Numbered from the stretch's first letter, positions 34,831 through 48,361 are shown. The stretch: DNA of 48,649 nt from Chiloscyllium plagiosum (GCF_004010195.1 NC_057719.1:47988130-48036778); one strand, 5' to 3'. Program-made: numbers and translations. The notes: generated by a model from the sequence alone, not told the origin.

Positions 34831-37039
34831 ATTGACAGCCTTTTTTTTTGAATCGGGTATTTCTGAGAATTGCCTGTTAATTTGTTTTGTTTTCATCATG
34901 ATTCATTTTTGAGACACTGGTTGTCTTTTAGATATGTAAAACATGTTCAACTGGAGCCATTTATTCAAGTCATGGAATTCTGGCTATTAATACAGGGAAC
35001 CAGATAGCAAGCGGTATTTTTTGGTTAAATGAAAACTCTTATCTGAAGCAATTTGGTACAAAAATAGTTGGTTGATATTTTTAAACTGTGCTCCAAAAGT
35101 AGCCCAAGACCTGACTGTGCAATTGCTAGAGCCAAGCAAACATAATTTCATGGCAGTCAACTGCTTTGGTCTCAGTACAAACTCCTTTTTACATATTTTT
35201 AATCAACCTATTCAGATGCATTATGACTTGCAGGTGCGTTTTGAGTTCTGGCCTTCTGGCCTGGAGATAGGATACTACCACTGTGCCACAAAAACCCTAT
35301 ACTTGTGGGGAGAGACCAATAATGCTGCATATTAGTAAAGAGTGTCCTCTCTACAAACTAAATGTTGGAATACTTCTCTGAACTCAGTAAAGCATGGCTT
35401 TTTACTTGGCTGTTGGTCATTTATTTGATGAATGCAAATCCCTAGTGTATTCAAGTACCTAATGACTGGGCAGCCCATTGTCTTTGTGGATGTGTAAATT
35501 TATTTTGCACTTTGTACCTGTTTGAGGTTTACTCTAGTCAATAATCCAATATTTGCATGTGGGTGCTTGTTACCTGCCATATGTCAGGGTTGTCAGAATT
35601 TAATTTATTTTGCTAAGTATAAACATCGGGTTGCTGCAGCATGATAACTTCATGCAAACTTTGGTTGCATCTGAGAAACTGGACTGTGGGTGGAATTTTA
35701 ATTGATATGAAATTCAAGAAAGAGTTGACTGGGGTTTGTAAACTAGGCTTCCTTTGTCCACAAGTTTGTGTAAACTGTATTGTAAGGATCAATTAAGGTG
35801 TGAGGTGTCATTATTCAAGTTGTTTGTTTGAAGTTAGATGTCAAATGAAAGTGGAAATGTGATTTGAAGGCCCCATTATAATGTTTTGGGTGGCTGTTCT
35901 GACTTGCCTTTATTTACATAAATCAAAAATTGTTTGTTTATTAAGAGATGGTCATTTGAAAAGTGCTTTACTTAACTTCAGCAGCTCTGTTCCAAATTGA
36001 CAGACAATTTGAGTAGGACAGGTGAATCTAGATTAGTTTTTAAAGTGAGGACATTCTTTTCAATTTTTATAAATGCAAACTAGACTTGTTTAGAATTACT
36101 GTGCCTTCACACTAGGTTCATCCATTAAATGTGCATAAAAATAAATTCATGTTCACGACTTTTTTACTGCTGAACACTACTTTTTTTTTGAAGAAAATTT
36201 GCTGATTATAGTTCTAATATAACAGACCTGTACAGTTAATATAATTCATTCAATATCAGAGGAAATGAGGTAAACATTGCTTTAAAAAAACTGACCCAAG
36301 GTGATGAGACTTCGTGTTTCGGAAATATATCTAACCTGTTAGATTGAACAACAAGCCTCTTCAGATAAACAGCATTAAAGCTTGCAGCAGTTAGGTGTAA
36401 TCCAAGCTCAGTACACTTTAATTAGTTGACAGTGGTGAGTTGGAAGACTGCAGATGGGATTGAGGACATTACGACTGAAGAAAAGGGTATTTTGCTATCA
36501 ATAGTGAGTGACTACTATCAATCTATATCCATGAGAATATAGATACTACACTAATTCACTTTTGGCAATTACCACTTCCCTTAATGATTCATTTCTTACC
36601 AATGTCTTAAATTCTCCATTGTCTTACCTCCTTAAGTAATTTTCTTTTAACTGTCCAACTTTAATGTTTACTTTCTGCTTCACTAGCTTTGAGCTCTTGT
36701 GCACTCCCCTTTCACCTCTGCATTTGTGGACCTTCAGCTGCCTAGGCCTCACAGTCAGGAATTTATTTTTTTTAGACCTCGTACCACCCCTTTTTTTATT
36801 TGAAAAGATTCTCTTTGCTCATTGACCAAGTCTTTTGCTGAATTCCTTTTTTTTTGTTAAAAGGTGACATAAATGCAATCTAAATCCCTTTGAAAAAGGG
36901 CATAACGAAAATAACCAAGTCACAATTATATCCTTAGATACAAAGGATTACGATTTAGTTTTCTCTGATTTCAGGTTTTTTGCTTTCATTTAACTTGCTT
37001 ATGATTTAGGTTTGGTGACTTTTAGTTGCAATATTGGAA

Positions 37040-38570
37040 TGTCTGAATCTTTTTTGGATGTTCAGAGTTTCATGTGTTGATACGGTGCCACATAAAAGGT
37101 TGTCGCACAGGATTGGTGATCATGGTATTAGGGGTTAGTTGTTACCCTGGATCAAGAATTGGTTAACACAAAAGACAATTGGGATTGTGTATTTGTTCAG
37201 GTTGGACTCTGCTTGGTCATGTTGCAGCTGTAGAGGATACTGGTTAGGCCATGTTTGGAGTATTGTGTACATTTAATCTCCCTCCTTTCAGAAGGATGTT
37301 GTGAAACTTGAAAGGGTTCAGAAAAGATTTACAAGAATGTTCCCTGGATTGGAGGGTTTGAGCAATAGAGGGGGGAGGTGGTGCTGAAAAGTTTACCCTA
37401 TAGCATCAGAGGCTGAGGGGTGACCTTGTGGAGGTTTATAAAATCGTGAGGGGCATGGATAGGATAAATTATACAAGGTCTTTTCCCTGGGTTTCCCTGA
37501 GCATAGGTTTAGGGTGCAAGGGCAAAGATTTAAAGGGGAACATTAAAGGGCAATTTTTTCACACACAGGGTGGCGTGTGTATGGAGTGAGCTGCCAGAGG
37601 TAGTGAGGGAGGATGGTACAATTACAGTATTTAAAAGGCAACTGGATTGATATATGAATAGGACACGTTGAGAGGGATATGGGAGTAGATTAATTTAGGA
37701 TATCTAGTTGGCATGGAAGAGTTGAACTGAAGGGTATGTTTGCGTGCTGTACCACTGTGATTCTATCTAACTAGTGGAGTGTCTTTGCGGTTCTAGGATC
37801 AATAATTTACAATCGAATTAACTGGATGAGGGGGTAAGTAATGTATCCAAGTTTACTGAAACACCAAAATGGTGAGTATTACATTTGATGTCTTGCACTT
37901 TGGTCAGAAGGTTCAAAAGGCAAGAATGTTGTTTAAGTGGATAGAAGTCAAAGCACGGGGATCTGGGTGTTCTTGTGCATGAAGCATAAATTAGCTGGCA
38001 GAATGAACAAGGAAGTAAGAGGACCAATAGAATTTTGGACTTTTTAATCTGGGATGTTAGAGTTTAACTGTACTGGGTGTTTGTGAGTCTGCACTCAGTG
38101 TTACATGTGGTTCGGACCTATTCAGACATAGTGAAGGGATGGACTGGCATTGGAGGCAGTTTGAAAGTGATTCACCTTGGCTGAATCCTAGGATGAAGGG
38201 GTTAACTTGTTAAGAACAGGTTGGACCTTGACTCATACTAGTATTTATAAGTAAGGAGGCTTGACAGGGTAGATGTTGAGAAGATGTTTTCACTAGTGGG
38301 CTAATCTCAAACTAGGAGAGGCAGTTACACTGTAAGGGACACATTTTGAACGGAGATGCAAAGGAATTTCTTTCTCCAAAGGTAGTGTATATCTGGAATT
38401 CTGTAACCCAGAGACATGTGGAAGCTAGGTGACCAAATATATTTAAATAAGAGGCAAATGGATTTGGAAACCATTGAGGAATTGACATAGGGCAGATCAA
38501 CCATAATATTAATGAATGCCAGAGCAGGCAACAGAGATGAGTGCCCTACTCCCCTGATTTTCTTATTTCT
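37040..38570 (+). mobile_element. Old CR1 copy with a nested HER1 3' fragment (~37212-37765)
   Basis: VPHKRL before the insert and continuing RT/C-terminal motifs after it; nested LVRPCLEY..RVQKRFTRM. Confidence 0.75.
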
Positions 38571-38936
38571 ATATCAGTGACAATTTGCCTCTGTTTAAAT
38601 GTAGAGTGTGAGATCTGTCTGCTTGATTTGAACCTTCCCAGAATATTGAGAACAAGATAATGTTAATAAAGCAACTTGATATTTGAACTCCTGAGTTAAC
38701 AGGCTAAAAAGCAAAGGAATTGGTATTTGATTTTCTTTTGGAAGAATTGGTCAATTTCTGGGGTTCACAGTAAATAAGCAGGACATATTCATCAAAAATA
38801 GTATAGTGTCTGGACATCCATAAAGTCTTGGGTTTCACCATATTTGTGGAGAGGTAGCAACATAAAGTTTGGAGATTATATCATTAACCAGGTGGAAAAT
38901 GCAGTAATAGTGTTGATTTTTCTGTTTCTCCTGTAG

Positions 38937-38982
38937 ACGTCTTGTATGTGTCAAGACCTAGTCAGATCTAGGGGAAAATAAA
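38937..38982 (+). other. Candidate 46-nt internal (5' UTR) exon
   Basis: Acceptor TTTTTCTGTTTCTCCTGTAG| and donor AAA|GTAAGC in repeat-poor sequence, same orientation as the 21.7-kb promoter. Confidence 0.4.
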
Positions 38983-41339
38983 GTAAGCTGTAAACCTATA
39001 TTTGCTGTCAGCTTCAGATTTTCATCCATCTTTTGTTAAACTAGAAAAGTTTTTTGTTTTATTATATTTTTGGAATATTTTTTAAGAGAAAAGAAACTAT
39101 TTTGTTTGGGAAAGTCCAAGTGTTCATGCTCACTGACTAGTTCAGGACCCCCCCCATATAAGCAAGAATTGATTTTTAATATTCTGTACCATCTTTGTCA
39201 AATCAGTATGCATCCATATGCAATAACTAATGGTGATGCCGTTTTAAACAAGCACATAGCATATCCAAGAATTTTTAAATCTCAAATCGGTTTATACTTA
39301 ACCTCACTGAGAATACTTAAAGCTGGTTCTACTTGTACTTGACCTTGATACTTAAGTTCTTGGTGAACAGAACTGAGATACTGAAGCAGCTTACCTTTTG
39401 CAAGAAAGCCTCCTGGAGTGTATTACTTGATTTCACATTATCTTACAACTTGCCAACCTTTTGTTGAATCTAAAAGGGCATGTTGAAAGGAATTGCAAGC
39501 CAATTACTTCAGCTAGCAACTCTGGACTTTGACGATCCCTCTTTCAATTGGCTAATCTTTCCAACCTCAAATTTACTTTATCATGAGAAGTTGTATTTTG
39601 AAAAGGTAAGCTAGCAAAGTTTTTGTATGTGCTGTCAGATAATTCAAGCAATGTTGAAATTTAACACTCATTGAACAGTTTGTTTCCCTAGCAGAGATAG
39701 ATATGACTTGCAAAGCTGATCCAGAAAGCACCCACAGTTTTCTATCCTACCGCAATGTCAAGGTGGCAACATCTAGCTGTTAAATTATTCCAACTTAGTT
39801 ACTCCGTTTTATTTTGCATTTTAAGCGTGTCTCCGTTAAATTTGTTTGAAAGCAAAATGTTGCAAGAAACCATCAAAACTGATTCAGCAGATTTTTTTTT
39901 TCAGTTGCTTTCCTTTTGCGCTTGTTCTGTTTTCATTGAGAGAAATGTACTTTATCTTGCATTAGTGCAGTCCTTGAAATGTTGAGGTTATAACTCACAC
40001 TCAAATTTCTCTAGGGTAGCAGATGGTATTTAATATTTTGAAATAAAATCATCCAGTTGATAGCAATGAATCTGGCAATTTTTATTTTTTTTTTCAGTTT
40101 GAGAGTTAATATGTGGTTGTCTGCGTGGGCTGCACAGTGGCTCGGTGAGCACTGTCTCAGCTCGAGGGATTGGGTTTGATTCCAGCCTTGGGTTGTATGG
40201 AGTTTGCTTTCTTGAAGCATTAGAATAACGAGGCATGGTCACTTGCAGCACAAAAAATATAGGACTTCATTAAGCATTTTAGTGCCTTTTAGTCTTTATA
40301 ATCATTTATTGGGCTCTGTTGGGTTTTCTGTATGAAACTGAAATCTTACTCGCCACCTTCAAGCTCAAAAGTCAAATTCGCTTTTTTTGGAAGTTGGTTT
40401 TAAACAGTATGTGAACATAGACATTGAGTAGAGCTGGTCCATCTTGTCATCCAAAAGAAACCAATGGTTCGCCTCAAAATTAAAACATCTTAAACTATTT
40501 CTTTTATTATTTCCACTGCTAGACCTGATGTTGATTTACACTATTCCTGTTCTGAATCTCATCACAATTTATCTCTGTTCTTCTGAAAACCCATGTCTCA
40601 TTACAGTTGCTTGATGGTGACTTCATTAATTAAACCATATTAATTTGATGAGACTACCTTTTCTTTTGGATTTCTTGCATGCTCTAATCTACTTGCAAGC
40701 ATCTAATATAATGTTCAGTAAAACCTTTCATTGACTTTGGCTCCTCAGCTTTATACTTTTGGCATTAAAATCCTTCCAGTTGCTACATTTCAGCCTTCAT
40801 CCTTGGCCAAACCGCTCTATATGCATCAATTTCGGCTTAACCCTGTACTCCCATTCTCCTTCCTGCACAACACTTGGTGACTTAACATTTGAAGGTTATG
40901 ATCAAAAATCAGTCTTCCTTAATCTTCTGCAAATATATTATTATAAAACTCTTGGTCGTCATTGCCGCCTCCTATTCCTGTATATATGTGATACTTGTAC
41001 TTGGAATTGTTTGCAGTTTAAGGTTATGTAAGGTACCAGAACTGTTAGTTTGGATAAGGTACACTTTTTTTTAAATCAAAGGCTTTGAAAATTATTTTGT
41101 GTCACAATTAATTTTATGTATGTCATACAGTCATGACTTACTGGATAGTAGGCTGGAAATTGAGTTCCAATGTTCCTGCTGTCATGGCAAAAGTTTTTTT
41201 TTAAAAGATGCAAAATCCATTAACAGATTTTTTTTTTAGACAAGCCTTAGTACTTAATAAATTGCACTTAATTACAGGTCAAGAACTAAATTAAATACCT
41301 AACATATCTCCAAGCTTGTGTGCACAAAAATGGTGAGAA

Positions 41340-42520
41340 TGTGAACTGAGAGGATGATACAGAAATGCTTCAGTGTAATTTGGACAAGTTCAGTGAGTGG
41401 ACAAATGCGTAGCAAAGCAAATATGATGTGGATAAATGTGAGGTTATCAACTTTGAATGAAAAACAGGAAGGCAGACTATTATCCAGCAACAGATTGCAT
41501 CAATGATTGGCTGCTCTTGTACATAAATTTCTGAAAGGAAGCATGCAGGGGCAGTAGCCAATGAAGAAAGCAAATGATATGTTGGTGGACTTAGTGAGAA
41601 GATTTGTATACGAGCAGATGTGTGTCAATTTTATAGGGTCTTGGTGAGACCATGCATAGAATTTTATGTGCATTTTGGCCTCCTTATCTGAGGAAGGATG
41701 CTTTAGCTGTTGAGGGAGTGCAAAGAAAGTTTATCAGGCTTAATCCTGGGATGGCAAGACTGATCTATGAAAATAAACTGGATTGGTTAGGGCTATATTC
41801 ATTTCATTTTAGAAGAATGAAGATGGATCTCCGAACTCCATAAAATTCTAACAAGAGATTAAGTATTTTCGGGAAGGATATTCGTGCTAACCAGGGATGA
41901 CAGTCTTGGCATATGAGGTAGGCCAGTTAGGATTGAAATGAATCTGTGGAATTCTCTGCTGCAAAAAAATGGTTGAGTCTAAAACACAGCTTCCAATGAG
42001 GAAGTACATACGGTATGAGCAGGTAGGGAAAAAGTTTAGTTTTGGGTTGTGTGAGACAAAAGTTCAGCTAGCATGATTTGGATCAGATAAGAACTTTCAG
42101 TAAACAATGAGGTGCTGGAGGCAAGGGTAGTGGGTTAACCAGATGAAAAAGCATTCATTGTGATGCCAGGTGGCTGGATCTTTACTGTTAATGCTCACTA
42201 ACTGTAGCAGTCACCCAGTCAACAAAGATCTTACCTCATTTGGATGCTGCTCCCTGTAAGTAATTATATATTTCCTTTAAGAATGTGCTCTTTGAGAGAA
42301 GACAGAATTCATGTCTCTGTGCACATGAGCAATTTATTTTCCCCCTCCCTCCAGGGCTTGGAATAAAGATGGAGGGAGAGCCATACTGTGGCTGAGTGTT
42401 TGCTTTGCCTGATAAGGGTATAGGGAAATGGGACGATTCCAAGGAGGAGTTAGATATAGTTTGTTACAGTCAAAGGGTATGGGTGAAAGCGAGTAAGATG
42501 CTGAGTTTGCCAATCAGCCT
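41340..42520 (+). mobile_element. Old CR1 3' portion interrupted at 41997-42436
   Basis: DKCEVINF..LVRP..FWPPYLRKD..VQRKFIRLNPGM..LGLYS. Confidence 0.75.
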
Positions 42521-42539
42521 GAGTTGGCTCAGAAGTGTA

Positions 42540-42872
42540 GGGGTGGTGCAGTAGTTAGCACTGCTGCCTCATAGTGCCAGGGACTTGGGTTCAATTCTAG
42601 CCTCGGCAACTGTCTGTGTGGAGTTTGCACATTCATTACATGTCTGTGTGGTTTTCCTCCAAGTGCTCTGGTTTCCTCTCGTAGTTCAAAGATGTGCAGG
42701 TTAGGTGGCATGGCCATGCTAAAGTGTCGAGGGATATGTAGGTGAGGTGGATTAGCTATCAGGAATGTGGAGTTACAAGGTTGAAGAGGTCGGTGTGGGT
42801 TGGATGCTCTTCACAGGGTCAGTGTGGACTCTGGGCCAAATGGCTTGCTTCTACACAGTAGGGATTGTATGA
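42540..42872 (+). mobile_element. HE1-type SINE
   Basis: GTTAGCACTGCTGCCTCA..GGGTTCAATTC..GGGATTGTATGATT. Confidence 0.9.
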
Positions 42873-43261
42873 TTAAATTTTGAGTTTGGCCCTTCGACTT
42901 TCTGTCTCTAAGTAAATTCTACAAATTAATACTCTTAAACTGCTTTTAAGCTGTCTCTTCAACTCTCAAACATAAGCAGTTTTAAAAAAACGCGAGCGGA
43001 GGGAAAACTGAGAAAAAACAGTTCTGTCATCTTTGTTCAAATGATCTGTTAGTTCCTGCTAATCTGAAAGTTTCTCCTTGATCTTTTATCAGAGTGCTTC
43101 TATTTCTTTCTTGTAATTATTTTTATTGAAAAGAAAGATTTGAGTTTTTTACAAAATTAATAGACTGGTGTATCCACTTTATAGTATAATAACAGCACCA
43201 ATATAAAATTAAGAAAACTAACAGCGAACCTACTCTACAAACTAGCAAAACACACAATAAG

Positions 43262-44120
43262 ATAGAAGCAGGGAAACAATACACCATTCTGCTTTTTCTC
43301 TGTTGGCTACAGAAAGGTCTGTCTGGACCTCTGACTACAGAATCCGCGAACACAATTGATCTCTTGGAAGCCGACGTACCCCTCATTGCATTAGAGCCAG
43401 TCTCAATACCAGAAACTTGGCTGTTCGTGCTACGTTTTCCTGAGAATCCATCACCTCCTACATGTTCCAGAACAGCATACCTCTTTGAAATGGGTATATC
43501 CACAAAAGACACCTGCACGAGCTGCCTACCTCTCTTACCCTTCCTGGAGTTAGCCCATCTATGTGACTGTATCTGAGACTTTCCCCCCTTCCTATAACTG
43601 CCATCCATCACATACTGTTGCTGTTGCAAATTCCTCATCGCTTTTATCTGTCTCTCCAACTGATCCACTCGATCTGATAAGATTCGCATCCAACAGCATT
43701 TATGGCAGATATAATCCGCAGAAACCCTTAAACTTTCTTTAAACTCCCACATCTGGCAAGAAGTACATATCACTGCAAAGGCCTTTTTTTTTTTTGCTCC
43801 TTCACAATCTACAGACCCAGAAAATAACACCGTCTTATTCCTCTACAAACACTGCCCCAGGTTAAATTAATAGCTATGGCATATATTTTAAGTTTAATCA
43901 AGAGACTCCTCTCCAAAAACAGATAATCAAGAAAGAATCCACTATACTCACTACTGCAGCCTTTCTCTTGGACAGACTTAAAACAACAATGAACTTATCT
44001 GATTCTGTGCTGTGAACTTCGCCCAATAGTTCCTCCAAGATCAGTTGTGAATTTCACTGTTTGTTTGTTAATTTTCCCAGATGCACTCCAGTGTCCAGTA
44101 ATACATGAATTCAAACAACA
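43262..44120 (-). mobile_element. CR1 LINE 5' region: ORF1 (zinc finger, leucine zipper, SGNH esterase start) plus 5' UTR
   Basis: CTSCQMW..YICHKC..LSDRVDQLERQI..IVFADSVVRG..VYCFP is the CR1 ORF1p architecture. Confidence 0.85.
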
Positions 44121-44124
44121 GTTT

Positions 44125-44216
44125 CTCTTTCCTTCCTTCCTTCCTTTTTCTTTCCTTCCTTCCTTTTTCTTTCCTTCCTTCCTTTTTTCTCTCCTTCCTT
44201 CCTTTTTTCTCTCCTT
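44125..44216. repeat. (TTCC)n / pyrimidine low-complexity tract
   Basis: Directly visible; abuts the assembly gap. Confidence 0.9.
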
Positions 44217-44968
44217 NNNNNNNNNNNNNNNNNNNNNNNNNNNNNNNNNNNNNNNNNNNNNNNNNNNNNNNNNNNNNNNNNNNNNNNNNNNNNNNNNNNN
44301 NNNNNNNNNNNNNNNNNNNNNNNNNNNNNNNNNNNNNNNNNNNNNNNNNNNNNNNNNNNNNNNNNNNNNNNNNNNNNNNNNNNNNNNNNNNNNNNNNNNN
44401 NNNNNNNNNNNNNNNNNNNNNNNNNNNNNNNNNNNNNNNNNNNNNNNNNNNNNNNNNNNNNNNNNNNNNNNNNNNNNNNNNNNNNNNNNNNNNNNNNNNN
44501 NNNNNNNNNNNNNNNNNNNNNNNNNNNNNNNNNNNNNNNNNNNNNNNNNNNNNNNNNNNNNNNNNNNNNNNNNNNNNNNNNNNNNNNNNNNNNNNNNNNN
44601 NNNNNNNNNNNNNNNNNNNNNNNNNNNNNNNNNNNNNNNNNNNNNNNNNNNNNNNNNNNNNNNNNNNNNNNNNNNNNNNNNNNNNNNNNNNNNNNNNNNN
44701 NNNNNNNNNNNNNNNNNNNNNNNNNNNNNNNNNNNNNNNNNNNNNNNNNNNNNNNNNNNNNNNNNNNNNNNNNNNNNNNNNNNNNNNNNNNNNNNNNNNN
44801 NNNNNNNNNNNNNNNNNNNNNNNNNNNNNNNNNNNNNNNNNNNNNNNNNNNNNNNNNNNNNNNNNNNNNNNNNNNNNNNNNNNNNNNNNNNNNNNNNNNN
44901 NNNNNNNNNNNNNNNNNNNNNNNNNNNNNNNNNNNNNNNNNNNNNNNNNNNNNNNNNNNNNNNNNNNN
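44217..44968. other. Assembly gap (N)
   Basis: Run of N. Confidence 1.
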
Positions 44969-47455
44969 ACTAATAAATTAAACTGCATTTATTTCAATGC
45001 AAGGGGCCTAACAGGGAAGGCAGATGAACTCAGGGCATGGTTAGGAACATGGGACTGGGATATCATAGCAATTACGGAAACATGGCTCAGGGATGGGTAG
45101 GACTGGCAGCTGAATGTTCCTGGATGCAAGTGCTACAGGAAGGATAGAAAGGGAGGCAAGAGAGGAGGGGGAGTGGCATTTTTGGTAAGGGATAGCATTA
45201 CAGTTGTATTGAGGGAGGATATTCTCAGAAATACATCTGGGGAAGTTATTTGGGTGGAACTGAGAAATAAGAAAGGGATGATTACCTTATTGGGATTGTA
45301 TTAGACCCCCCCCCAATAGTCAGAGGGAAATTGAGAAACAAACTTGTAAGGAGATCTCAGCTATCTGTAAGAATAATAGGGTGGTTATGGTAGGGGATTT
45401 TAACTTTCCAAACATAGACTGGGACTGCCATAATGTTAAAGGTTTAGATGGAGAGGAATTTAAGTGTGTACAAGATAATTTTCTGATTCAGTGTGTGGAT
45501 GTACTCACCAGAGAAGGTGCAAAACGAGACCTACTCTTGGGAATTAATAAGGCAGGGCAGGTGACTGAGGTGTCAGTGGGTGAGCACTTTGGGGCCAACG
45601 ACTGTAATTCTATTCGTTTTAAAATGGTGGTGGAAAAGGATAGACCAGATCTAAAAGTTGAAGTTCTAAATTGGAGAAAGGCCAATTTTGACGGTATTAG
45701 GCAAGAACTTTTGAAAGCTGATTGGAGGCAGATGTTCACAGGTAAATGGACGGCTGGAAAATGGGAAGCCTTCAGAAATGAGATAACAAGAATCCAGAGA
45801 AAGTATATTCCTGTCAGGGTGAAAGGGAAGGCTGGTAGGTATATGGAATGCTGGATGACTAAAGAAATTGAGGGTTTGGTTAAGAAAAGGAAGGAAACAT
45901 ATGTCAGGTATAGACAGGATAAATCGAGTGAATCCTTAGAGTATAAAGGCAGTAGCAGTATACTTAGGAGGGAAATCAGGAGGGCAAAACAGGGACATGA
46001 GATAACTTTGGCAAATAGAATTCAGGAGAATCCAAAGGGGTTTTACAAATATATTAAGGACAAAAGGGTAACTAGGGAGAGAATAGGGCCCCTCAAAGAT
46101 CAGCAAGGCAGTCTTTGCGTGGAGCCACAGAAAATGGGGGAGTTATTAAATGAATATTTTGCATCAGTATTTAATGTGGAAAATGGTGTGGAAGATATAG
46201 ATTATAGGGAAATAGATGGTGACCTCTTGCAAAATGTCCACATTACAGAGGAGGAACTGCTGGATGTCTTGAAACGGTTAAAGGTGGATAAATCCCCAGG
46301 ACCTTATCAGGTGTACCCGAGAACTCTGTGGGAAGCTGGAGAAGTGATTGCTGAGCCTCTTGCTGAGACATTTGTATCATCGATAGTCACAGGTGAGGTG
46401 CNNNNNNNNNNNNNNNNNNNNNNNNNNNNNNNNNNNNNNNNNNNNNNNNNNNNNNNNNNNNNNNNNNNNNNNNNNNNNNNNNNNNNNNNNNNNNNNNNNN
46501 NNNNNNNNNNNNNNNNNNNNNNNNNNNNNNNNNNNNNNNNNNNNNNNNNNNNNNNNNNNNNNNNNNNNNNNNNNNNNNNNNNNNNNNNNNNNNNNNNNNN
46601 NNNNNNNNNNNNNNNNNNNNNNNNNNNNNNNNNNNNNNNNNNNNNNNNNNNNNNNNNNNNNNNNNNNNNNNNNNNNNNNNNNNNNNNNNNNNNNNNNNNN
46701 NNNNNNNNNNNNNNNNNNNNNNNNNNNNNNNNNNNNNNNNNNNNNNNNNNNNNNNNNNNNNNNNNNNNNNNNNNNNNNNNNNNNNNNNNNNNNNNNNNNN
46801 NNNNNNNNNNNNNNNNNNNNNNNNNNNNNNNNNNNNNNNNNNNNNNNNNNNNNNNNNNNNNNNNNNNNNNNNNNNNNNNNNNNNNNNNNNNNNNNNNNNN
46901 NNNNNNNNNNNNNNNNCTTAATGGTAAGGTCCTAGGGAGTGTTGCTGAACAAAGAGACCTTGGAGTGCAGGTTCATAGCTCCTTGAAAGTGGAGTCGCAG
47001 GTAGATAGGATAGTGAAGGCGGCGTTTGGTATGCTTTTCTTTATTGGTCAGAGTATGGAGTACAGGAGTTGGGAGGTCATGTTGCGGCTATACAGGACAT
47101 TGTTTACGCCACTGTTGGAATATTGCGTGCAATTCTGGTTTCCTTCGTATTGGAAAGATGTTGTGAAACTGGAAAGGGTTCAGAAAAGATTTACAAGGAT
47201 GTTGCCAGGGTTGGAGGATCTGAGCTACAGGGAGAGACTGAACAGGCTGGGGCTGTTTTCCCTTGAGCGTCTGAGGCTGTGGTGTGACCTTGTAGAGGTT
47301 TACAAAATGATGAGGGGCATGGATAGGATAAATAGACAAAGTCTTTTCCCTGGGATGGGGGAATCCAGAACTCGAGGGCACTGGTTTAGGGTGAGAGGGG
47401 AAAGGTATAAAAGAGACCTAAGGGGCAACTTTCATGCAGAGGGTGGTGCGTATAT
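44969..47455 (+). mobile_element. Near full-length HER1/CR1 ORF2 (APE endonuclease + RT), inactivated; RT core hidden in gap 46402-46916
   Basis: CIYFNARGL..DIIAITETWL..GDFNFP..KSPGP..LLEYCVQFW; premature TAG at 45098-45100 and frameshift near 45300. Confidence 0.92.
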
Positions 47456-48104
47456 GGCATCGTTTGGCGTTAGATTTCTGTACAGTACTTGTGGTTCATA
47501 GCTACATATTGACAGAGTCTTGAATTAAGCCAACAACTTTTACAGTGCATTGTTGGTTTAAAATTTGCGTTAACTCATATGTTCAAAATTCAGCCGCAAA
47601 AGTGTGACAATTTTTTTTTGTGCTTACACACAACTGCGTGAGCACTGACCACAACCTACACACTTAAAGCAGCATAGCACCTGATGGGCAGTCATCACAA
47701 TCCTTTATTGACTTTTCATTGTGCTTAATGTAACATAAGTTTTAGAAATTTTGAAATGCATGATAGCTGAAATTAGCTTTCTCCAGGTTAGAAAATCATA
47801 GTAAATAGACTAGATAGAGACCTATCATAATTCCTGCCATGGAGGGATTGTCTGGAGACATTACATAGAATGAGGATAAATATGCTGAGTTTTTAAGAAG
47901 AACGTTATCTTAATGAAACATAATTTATTTTTAAAGGGCTTGCTAGGGTAGATGTTCCAAGTGTGCATATTTGTTCGCTTCCTCAGTACTGTTGTTGTGA
48001 TTCTAATAATAATAAAGTCATGGCCCTGTAAAGATGTTAAAGATATTGATTTTAAGATTCATTGTGTATTTTATATGAAGCTATATTAAAAATGTAAAAA
48101 AACA

Positions 48105-48361
48105 ACACTTAAGAAGCTTGTCACAACTAGGGCCAGCTTGATTGGCACTCCACCTTACACCCTTCAACATTTAACTCCCTGCATCACTACTTCCAGTGTA
48201 ACAGAATATATCATCTACAAGATCTAATGCAGCAACTCGGCAGGGCTTATTTTGACAGTACCTTTTCAATTCTTGACCTCTGCCATTGAGAAGGATCAGA
48301 GCAGCAGATATTTGGCAAAACCATTTCTCATGGGTTCCCCTCCAAGCCACACGCCATCTTT
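48105..48361 (+). mobile_element. Zenon-like LINE fragment
   Basis: CATCTACAAGAT..GCAGCAGAT..TTCCCCTCCAAGCCACAC shared with the other copies. Confidence 0.65.

Noticed and set aside
44047..45100. Long 306-331 aa ORFs in the track
   Set aside because: Artefacts of translating through the N gap and a low-complexity tract
45381..47501. 706-aa ORF as an active LINE or cellular gene
   Set aside because: Spans a 515-N gap, and upstream ORF2 has a premature stop and a frameshift
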